Shown here: positions 57,064-64,000 of the stretch, in pieces | Position numbering within the stretch: the first letter of the stretch is position 1 | Layout: every line of letters starts with the position of its first letter | From: Nemertoderma westbladi | Taxonomy: Eukaryota > Animalia > Xenacoelomorpha | Length of the DNA: 64,000 nucleotides | Direction of reading: 5' to 3' | Assembly: GCA_032718475.1 (NCBI GenBank) | Contig: JAUCBJ010007622.1 | Span: 59,675-123,674, forward strand | Program-made: the position numbers and the translations under genes | The notes under the pieces: generated by a model | Database searches by the model: none | Seen by the model: the letters and a program-made list of their open reading frames with translations, nothing else | What the model was told of the DNA's origin: nothing

Positions 57064-57613
57064 AACAATAATTAAAACAAAAATCACTATTATCAGAATG
57101 GTAGGCACAATTTGTTATTGCCGAAAAATCGTGAAAAAGGCATTTGGTGTCATAATCAACATATTTTTCGTTTATGCCGTACGTTTCTAGAAGTGTTCCA
57201 TTCACATTAAATTCATTTTTTAAAATAAATAATTTCGGTATTCCGCGTATTAATATTTGAAACCCCAACCGTTTTTTTTCTTGTAACCATTCCTGTATGT
57301 ACATTTTAAATGCGCTTTGGTCCATAAATCCGTAGTCAAAATTAATGTGATGCGTAATATTGGCGAGTTGTGTGAGACGGTCGTATTCGCTTAAACTTAA
57401 AATTTTTGCAGGTGGACCATTAATAAACCATACGTTTTCTAATGATTTGATGGTAGTATTATAAGCCGCAAACTCTTTAAAATAAATGGTTGCAACGGGG
57501 TGTTGGTCGATCTGCGGAAGATGCGTATAATATTGGAAATCTACTATTATTCCCGGGTTTTCCAGCGTCGGGTAATAATCACGCCCACGGCTGCGACTTA
57601 GAAATTTATCCAT
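57017..57613 (-). CDS. DEDD/Maelstrom-like nuclease-fold protein
   Basis: IIVDFQ...FKEFA, HHINF..G, RG..K..IL, C-terminal C..H....C..H.....C...CSAK cluster. Confidence 0.55.
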   Translation of the reverse strand: MDKFLSRSRGRDYYPTLENPGIIVDFQYYTHLPQIDQHPVATIYFKEFAAYNTTIKSLENVWFINGPPAKILSLSEYDRLTQLANITHHINFDYGFMDQSAFKMYIQEWLQEKKRLGFQILIRGIPKLFILKNEFNVNGTLLETYGINEKYVDYDTKCLFHDFSAITNCAYHSDNSDFCFNYCSAKLAVGYGKWLSSN

Positions 57614-57687
57614 ATAGTCGCTATAACTTCAGATAATCAGATAATAATAAATAATAAATAATTTACATCGATTAAATTGTGACTATC

Positions 57688-58491
57688 TCAATCAATTCGT
57701 ATAAAATGAAGCGTCAATATTGAATTTCCATAATGAAAGCGCAACAAATTTCCGGAATCTCCAATCAATCGAACTCGTATATAACGTAAATTAGATGTTG
57801 AATTAACTTTTTTATAGTAGACTTCCTCAACTTCACGACTAATAATTTGCCCATATTCCCCTTCTATGGGTATGCTACGCAACAGAGGGTATTCGCTATT
57901 GTCTACAAATTGAGGTTCGACGCAATTGATATGTATATTTATGTTGGGTTCCAGTATTTCGACAGCATTAGGATGCTTATGGCAGTCGTACTTATTATTC
58001 CGCGAATCAATCCTTAGCAAGTGATAATCCCCCGCAGCATTTTGCACACACATAAAACCTTTGCCATCAACCTCGTGTTCTGTTAATCCTAGGTAACCAC
58101 CCAAACGTTTACTGACAAATATCGACAACTGTTTACCTTTAAAATGTATGGTTATATTACCAGAGCGTGCTGTATTATCAATTATATTAATTTGGCCTTT
58201 AATAAGGCTTTTGTTGAAGTACTCAATGATCCTTTCCAATGATAGGAAAGATCCTTCGGGGAGAGTAACATCTCTTGTAAACATTTTTTTATTTTTTATG
58301 GCCTTTATATAAATGTCGCTATTGTCATACCTGATACTAGATACGTACGTTATACCGGTTAAACCTATTAACCATTGCCCTTTAGCGAAAGGTAAAGGAA
58401 TTTGCAAATTTGTTTGGAAATCGGCGGCGCTATTACGCGGGAATTCTATGGGGTTTGCGTTTGAGGGTAGTACAACGTAATAACTGTTCAT
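57688..58491 (-). CDS. Polinton minor capsid (penton-like) protein, paralog 2
   Basis: YVVLPSN..FP.N....F...L; W.IGL; EPQFV....PLLR.I; Y..V; I.V.L...G....F. Confidence 0.88.
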   Translation of the reverse strand: MNSYYVVLPSNANPIEFPRNSAADFQTNLQIPLPFAKGQWLIGLTGITYVSSIRYDNSDIYIKAIKNKKMFTRDVTLPEGSFLSLERIIEYFNKSLIKGQINIIDNTARSGNITIHFKGKQLSIFVSKRLGGYLGLTEHEVDGKGFMCVQNAAGDYHLLRIDSRNNKYDCHKHPNAVEILEPNINIHINCVEPQFVDNSEYPLLRSIPIEGEYGQIISREVEEVYYKKVNSTSNLRYIRVRLIGDSGNLLRFHYGNSILTLHFIRID

Positions 58492-59372
58492 TCTTGTAGT
58501 TTTTGTCGCCGTTGTTGTTTTTTGAGTTCTAGAACTAAAATTGTTTTACCCCCATGAAAGACTATATGCTTTCCTTTATGGTCGCGAAGCGTTATACTAA
58601 TTGTGTCGAGCACTTTTTTATTTCTTAATTGTTTGTAATGTGTGTTTTTGAATTCCAGGTTGATGAATGAGTATGGTTCCCATTTCAAAGGGATTATCCG
58701 CAAAAGAGGCGCCATCGAATGTCCTACGTGAGAAGATTCAATCATATCAGTATATATAAACATTGTGTGTCTATCCCTCGTTATATCGCAAGGTTCGGGG
58801 AATTCAACTCCATCCGCTTTGTTTGTATCTTTACAGCCTAAGTTCAATAAATCATCATCTTTGTTATAGTGTATTGCCCAAAGCGCCCCAAGGCCCATTA
58901 AATTATTTTTTAAACTCGATAACCCGAAAATATTTATTATATCTCCATAGAATTGGAAATAGCGGCCTTTCTCACAATGTAGACGAATTTTTGATGTATG
59001 TTTTTGGTAGTTAAACTTAACATCTTTGAAACCGTGGTGGGATATTGCGGGATTTTTCAAATAAACACTAATATGGTTTAAAATTGACTCAATAGAAGCA
59101 TATAGACCAAGATTAAAATCGATTTCTATAAGATTGTATGGAGCTATATGAAATTCCAAATCCTCATCAACCATATATTCACCAATTCTAATTCCAGATC
59201 TTTGTTCAATATTTCTATAGGTCGACACATACTGTATTTCCTTTAGACCCACGACCCAATCTGTGCTGACGGGGATAGGTTTGGACAACTCAATCGTGAA
59301 ATCGCTGGGAGTGTTATCAGGATATTTATCTAGACTGGCGTTGGAAGTCAACGTTAAATGTAAGTAATCCAT
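58488..59372 (-). CDS. Polinton minor capsid (penton-like) protein, paralog 1
   Basis: LTLTSNAS...YPDNT.S.F; WVVGL.EI; FIYTD.IE...VG...APLLRII; I.I.LRD..G..I.F. Confidence 0.9.
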   Translation of the reverse strand: MDYLHLTLTSNASLDKYPDNTPSDFTIELSKPIPVSTDWVVGLKEIQYVSTYRNIEQRSGIRIGEYMVDEDLEFHIAPYNLIEIDFNLGLYASIESILNHISVYLKNPAISHHGFKDVKFNYQKHTSKIRLHCEKGRYFQFYGDIINIFGLSSLKNNLMGLGALWAIHYNKDDDLLNLGCKDTNKADGVEFPEPCDITRDRHTMFIYTDMIESSHVGHSMAPLLRIIPLKWEPYSFINLEFKNTHYKQLRNKKVLDTISITLRDHKGKHIVFHGGKTILVLELKKQQRRQKLQE

Positions 59373-59394
59373 AATAATATAATTATATAATTAA

Positions 59395-60480
59395 TTATTG
59401 TACGTGATCAACCCACCGATGTGCCGCAAAACCAACAAATTTAACCAAATATTGCTTTTTGCCGCTTTTATTTACTTTTTCTTTAATTATTTTTTCAATT
59501 GGTAGGAATTGAAATGGTTCTATTACCTTTTGGATTTCATGCCGATAAAATGTCCCCTTTATAACGCGCCCATTCGAGTCCGCAACTTCGTACATAGGGT
59601 ACGGCTCTCGATCCAATCTTATTCTGTAGATTTTGAAAATTTCTACAGTATAATTAGGTGTATAACCTTTGTCAAATGGCTTTCTAGCTAAACTCAGCCG
59701 CACCTTATCACCAACCTTGAAATGAACTCGACGCTGCGCACGGCGTTTTCTTTTATTGGGATGACCCACACTCCCATATAGTTTTAAAAATAGGTCAGTT
59801 TCATTCTTTTTATTGACAGAGTTTGGCGCCATACCAATGGTTCTATGTATTGAATTATTATATGCAACCAATATTTTTGGCAATATACCCATCCATTCTC
59901 TATTCTGTTTCCTCGTGAAAATTCTGTACATGCGAGATTTGAGGGTGCGATTCAGCCTTTCACAGATACTAGCTTTAAATTGGCTAACTAAAGTATAAAA
60001 ATGAACATTATTGTTCAGTAAGAAATCTTTCACCAATTTATTAACAAACTCAGTTCCTTGATCAACCGCTAGCCGTTTAGGTTTTCTATCTTTAAATATC
60101 GCGGCTAGGGCCCTTTTAATTTCGACCCCTGTTTTACGTTTTAGACCCAACGCCCACGCCTTCCGACTAAAACAGTCAATACAAGTAAGTATGTAACCGT
60201 AGCCATTATTCTCACCCCTAAAAGGTTGCATATCGCACAAATCCGCTTGGTATAGATCACCAATACCGCTCGTGAAGATTTTTGATGTCGGGTAATGGCG
60301 CCTAGCCGGCGCGTGTAGGGAATACGTTCGTTGGGAGCTCAACCATTCTTTTGCGCGATTTCTCGTAACTTTAGCGGCTTTCGCTAGTTTGGTTACGCTC
60401 GCGAAACCGGCAGCATTTGAAACATCGTAATATATTCTTCCCAGTCGTTTGTTTGTTCGATTTTCTACGATTCTCCCCAT
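59395..60480 (-). CDS. int: Polinton retroviral-type integrase with partial chromodomain
   Basis: YQADL.DM, IDCFSR, VDQGTEF, KASICERLNRTLK, YN...H.TI.MAP, F.KGY, QYLVKF.GF. Confidence 0.96.
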   Translation of the reverse strand: MGRIVENRTNKRLGRIYYDVSNAAGFASVTKLAKAAKVTRNRAKEWLSSQRTYSLHAPARRHYPTSKIFTSGIGDLYQADLCDMQPFRGENNGYGYILTCIDCFSRKAWALGLKRKTGVEIKRALAAIFKDRKPKRLAVDQGTEFVNKLVKDFLLNNNVHFYTLVSQFKASICERLNRTLKSRMYRIFTRKQNREWMGILPKILVAYNNSIHRTIGMAPNSVNKKNETDLFLKLYGSVGHPNKRKRRAQRRVHFKVGDKVRLSLARKPFDKGYTPNYTVEIFKIYRIRLDREPYPMYEVADSNGRVIKGTFYRHEIQKVIEPFQFLPIEKIIKEKVNKSGKKQYLVKFVGFAAHRWVDHVQ

Positions 60481-60604
60481 CGGTTGTGTCGTGTCGTGGA
60501 AGAAAACACTTGCAATGACAGTTAATACTTAATATGAAACGTTCAAAAAACATACTACTACTACTATTTTAATGTTATCCTGCGCTTTGTTTCCACACGT
60601 CGAT

Positions 60605-61066
60605 TTATTGTAGTCCTACGTATTGTTTCCACGCGTCGGCGCGTTTTGTGTTGGAAGGGGTCACGCGGACCCTTTGCCGTTTCAACCAACCGCGACCAAT
60701 TAATCGTTTTGGTATCCTTAATCGTTTTAATAACCCCAAAAATGTTGCTTGTCCTGGAATTATTTCGGTGTTTTTCTTATTTTTTTTTGTAGTCAGCAAT
60801 TCAATCAAATGATCAATATTTGCTCCGGGAATAAGTTTATTTTCTATATAGAGTTTATTATTATCGTTCCACCGCACTCTGTCTCGCGAGAATCGCATCA
60901 AATAACTCAACAATCGTTTGGCTTTCTGGGATGAAATTGTCACACCATCTAGCGGTTGTATTATATTATTGCTTTTCTTATTATTATTATTATAAGTATC
61001 CGTTAATAAAGTAGAAACTAGATACAACTTCTTAAAATTTCCGAGGCTAATCTCGTTATTTTTCAT
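60605..61066 (-). CDS. Polinton conserved protein (PZ-like)
   Basis: KA..LL..L, VRWND....I....IPGANI..L, PG...F...L....IP..LIG; sits between ATPase and integrase. Confidence 0.75.
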   Translation of the reverse strand: MKNNEISLGNFKKLYLVSTLLTDTYNNNNKKSNNIIQPLDGVTISSQKAKRLLSYLMRFSRDRVRWNDNNKLYIENKLIPGANIDHLIELLTTKKNKKNTEIIPGQATFLGLLKRLRIPKRLIGRGWLKRQRVRVTPSNTKRADAWKQYVGLQ

Positions 61067-61186
61067 CGTTATATATCATTATTAATATATTAATACTATA
61101 TACTAGAGTTCACGTTCATGGACCGATAATAACCTAATTTCGGTGAAAGTCTAAAAATGTGTGAAAATGGTTTTAGCACGGCGTCG

Positions 61187-61897
61187 CTACTGCGGTATAG
61201 ACTGGGCCTCGGGGCGTTGGTGAGGTGTGTTAGAGTTCATATTCGCGGGTTGATAAACAGTTTGCCCTAATGGGTTGAAAATATCACCCCTAACTCTTAT
61301 ACTATCATCCGTTTTTTGATGAAAGTCTAAGAGAAGGTGTGTGAATGGTTTTTGTGTGGCGTCACTATATGCTTGAACAATAAAATTGCTATTTTTTGGG
61401 TACACTTGCCGCGCTATATAGCTTATTTGACTTGCGTCGCGGGGATTTTTTGTGAAAATACAATATTGGGCATTTAGACTTCTAGTCCGTGTTTCCGCCC
61501 CTTTACTGAAGAAATTTTGTGTTATATAGATAATGAAACAGGAGGTATGATGGCAGGTTTTTGTGAAGCTTTCTGTCAAACTCTCATCACTCTTACTTTC
61601 GCTTAACAAGTCGTCTATAATAATTAGATCGTTTTCGCGGAAAATAGAATTAATTTTTTGCGGTAAACCTTTGAATAGATGTGTTATACCCGGGAATTCT
61701 GGTGGGGTGGCGCCATAAAAGAATAATACACGCTTCGGGGTTATATCAAAAACTAAATTTTTATTTTTTACAATTTTTGATACCAACACTGTTTTTCCGG
61801 AAGAACTTGGACCCGCAATAATCATGGCCGAACCCATCTTGAAAGAGGCGTCGTATGATGTGATTGGTTCCCGCGATATCGTCGGCTCTCGGGACAT
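61187..61897 (-). CDS. atp: Polinton packaging ATPase
   Basis: Walker A GPSSSGKT, Walker B IIIDD, F....HH, ITQN.F, SLNA.Y, KNPRD. Confidence 0.95.
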   Translation of the reverse strand: MSREPTISREPITSYDASFKMGSAMIIAGPSSSGKTVLVSKIVKNKNLVFDITPKRVLFFYGATPPEFPGITHLFKGLPQKINSIFRENDLIIIDDLLSESKSDESLTESFTKTCHHTSCFIIYITQNFFSKGAETRTRSLNAQYCIFTKNPRDASQISYIARQVYPKNSNFIVQAYSDATQKPFTHLLLDFHQKTDDSIRVRGDIFNPLGQTVYQPANMNSNTPHQRPEAQSIPQ

Positions 61898-61914
61898 TGT
61901 TGATAGGTAGCCAC

Positions 61915-62376
61915 TCAGTAGATGGGAAACCTAGAAACTTGACGGTTGACGCGTGTGCCAGAGGTAGTAGGTCTATACCCCCGGCGGGATTGGGCTAATT
62001 TTCTGCCTCTTACAGCCGTTATTATGGGTGATATTTTCTGATAAGCGTTAAGCCCACTCATTAAACCAGAGATTAGTAGATTTATAAATCCGCCCCTTTG
62101 CACCAATCGTTTACGATAAATTCGAATGGGATACTTGGCTTTTGGTTTTTTAGCGATCTCGCGTATTGTTTTTTTATGGCGTTTTAACCTCGCGATTGTT
62201 TGCTCAGGAATTTTTACGTTACCATTTAATACATTTAGAATAATATTAATTAGAAAACTTATAAGTTCGTCGGTTCCGCCGACACGTAAGAAGGTTTTTC
62301 TACGGTTGGGGGAGGCGTTAGATAAGAACTTTAAATCCCCGTCAAATTGTTTAATTAAAGCTTTGAGTGATTTCAT
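61915..62376 (-). CDS. Polinton conserved basic protein (PM-like)
   Basis: N.L.GNV.I, L..HK..IR.IA, LVQRGGF..LL; upstream of the ATPase. Confidence 0.8.
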   Translation of the reverse strand: MKSLKALIKQFDGDLKFLSNASPNRRKTFLRVGGTDELISFLINIILNVLNGNVKIPEQTIARLKRHKKTIREIAKKPKAKYPIRIYRKRLVQRGGFINLLISGLMSGLNAYQKISPIITAVRGRKLAQSRRGYRPTTSGTRVNRQVSRFPIY

Positions 62377-62549
62377 TACATATATTAATAACTTATATAA
62401 ACGAGAACAATAATAGTAAGTAATAAAACACCACCACCGTTATAAATAGTATCGATTATATGCGTGGGTGGGGTTTTTCACGCGATAAAACCGAGCAATT
62501 ATAGAAACCGGCACTCTTTAAAACCTAACATCAATAATTAAGAACGCAA

Positions 62550-63230
62550 ATCCACGTTTAAAAAACCAAACGAGATCCCACAGGACAAACCTACAAAATT
62601 TCGAAATTATTCAAAAATGAAACTTTTAATTTTTCGAAAAATTTTATGAAATTTCTAATTAAATATTACTACCCAAATTACTAATAAAATTCAAACTTTT
62701 TTAAGTTTTAACAGACCGACAGACAGACAGACTAGATTTATGTAAATGTAAAAACTGACATCAGAAATGAAATCGGCACCCCCTAAAACCCAAGACCATC
62801 AATAAAACACATTATATATATATATATATCAAGGGAACAATGATAATATCCGCATTTAAAAACCAAACGAGATCCTAAAGGGCAAACTTTCAAAATTTTT
62901 AAATTTTTCAAAAACGAACATTTTAATTTTTCGAAAAATTTTTATGAAATTTCTAATTAAATATTACTACCCAAATTACTAATAAAATTCAAACTTTTTT
63001 AAGTTTTGACAGACTGGCTGACTGACAGAAAGACTGACAAACCGAAGACAGATAGACTAGATTTATGTAAATTTAAAACTGACATCAGAAATGAAATCGG
63101 CACCCTTGACAACCTAAGACTACCGATAAAACACGTTATATATATAATGTGAATAATGGTAATATCCACGTTTATTTAAAAACCTAACGAGATCCCACCG
63201 GACAAACCTAAAACTGACACCAAAAAATGA
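62550..63230. repeat. ~300-bp tandem repeat (~2.3 copies) downstream of TBP-like gene #2
   Basis: AAACC.AACGAGATCC at ~62563, ~62860 and ~63180; CTGACATCAGAAATGAAATCGGCACCC twice. Confidence 0.88.
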
Positions 63231-63235
63231 AAAAA

Positions 63236-63796
63236 TTAAATATTTCTACCTAAATGACTATCTAAATTACCGATAAAATTCAAAAACTTTGGAAAAAATA
63301 CTCGAAATATCTCGGGTCTTGCCATACACACAACATTTCGTGTGTAAAAAACGCAAAATGTTATGATATTAGAACTAGTTTTACCCCGACGATAAAACTG
63401 CACAAGAATATTATTAAATATCTCCGGCTCATATTTCACCTCCACATTATAATAATTATCTAAAAAATGAAACCCAACCGTTTTCATTAATTTGCTATAG
63501 TCTATGTCTAGATTGTTAATAATATAAGTTTGGCTATTGATTGAAATAAAAGTTAGTTTATAATCAGTATGCTTATATATATACTTAATAATTTTTTTTA
63601 TTTTAGGTGATTTACCGAGTACAGTGACCTTACCGCTCGGGAAAAAGAGACACGTCCATCCGCAAATTTTGGCGATATATTGGTAAGGCTTTAAGATGAG
63701 TTTTCCATTTCGAATTCGTTTAGCCAGCACATCGAATGATATGCACCCATCACCCAACCTCAAACTTATATTACTGTTGACAATACTAAAAGACAT
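63236..63796 (-). CDS. TATA-binding-protein-like gene #2 (intact, 186 aa)
   Basis: Two-repeat TBP core pattern: FSIVNS, TCLFFPSGKVTVLG, ISINS, KYEPEIF, FCVFYTRNVVCM; length matches the TBP core. Confidence 0.8.
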   Translation of the reverse strand: MSFSIVNSNISLRLGDGCISFDVLAKRIRNGKLILKPYQYIAKICGWTCLFFPSGKVTVLGKSPKIKKIIKYIYKHTDYKLTFISINSQTYIINNLDIDYSKLMKTVGFHFLDNYYNVEVKYEPEIFNNILVQFYRRGKTSSNIITFCVFYTRNVVCMARPEIFRVFFPKFLNFIGNLDSHLGRNI

Positions 63797-63805
63797 CGCA
63801 ATCCA

Positions 63806-64000
63806 CTATTCTATAATGGGCGGCATATAAAGCTTAGGGGCAGGCGCTTTACGATCCAAATGTGTTTTATAATGACCGTAAGGTAGACTTTCATTAGTCG
63901 ATGTGTAGTACCTTTTATCTTCCCACAGTGTTAGCGATTTTTTTCTTTGTGAAACGGTGTATATTTTATGTAAATTAGATTGAAACCTTTGACTGTATTC
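63806..64000 (-). CDS. polB: Polinton pPolB C-terminus (gene continues beyond the window)
   Basis: Manual translation EYSQRFQSNLHKIYTVSQRKKSLTLWEDKRYYTSTNESLPYGHY...*. Confidence 0.88.
   Translation of the reverse strand, partial: EYSQRFQSNLHKIYTVSQRKKSLTLWEDKRYYTSTNESLPYGHYKTHLDRKAPAPKLYMPPIIE

Larger units (their letters stand above)
33717..64000 (-). mobile_element. Polinton/Maverick region (rearranged, probably two lineages; runs past the window end)
   Basis: AGTAGT terminus exactly where RTE homology stops; core virion and integrase genes at 54458-62376; pPolB C-termini at 49442 and 63806. Confidence 0.88.

Overview
Eukaryotic (animal-like) DNA made almost entirely of nested mobile elements; I recognise no host gene. 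From left to right: (1) a BEL/Pao LTR retrotransposon cut by the left window edge (1-11086); (2) a minus-strand LINE fragment; (3) a CR1/L2-group LINE split by a second, complete BEL/Pao element (14711-28815, near-identical LTRs, CAGAC target-site duplication [TSD]); (4) an RTE LINE carrying a MULE-type MITE; (5) from 33717 to the right edge, a rearranged Polinton/Maverick region with capsid, protease, integrase, ATPase and pPolB genes, itself invaded by an EnSpm/CMC transposon, a Helentron-type element and a Kolobok-type MITE. Two candidate systems stand out. (A) Both divergent BEL/Pao elements carry a homologous extra ORF after pol, encoding a DEDDy (WRN/RNase D-like) 3'-5' exonuclease fold plus three CCHC zinc knuckles, bracketed by two hairpin+PPT units. 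(B) In two divergent Polinton modules, pPolB is followed directly by a TATA-binding-protein-like gene, near a PC4-like gene, arrays of tRNA B-box motifs and an A/B-box Pol III-like unit. All protein assignments come from motif recognition by eye; no database search was run.
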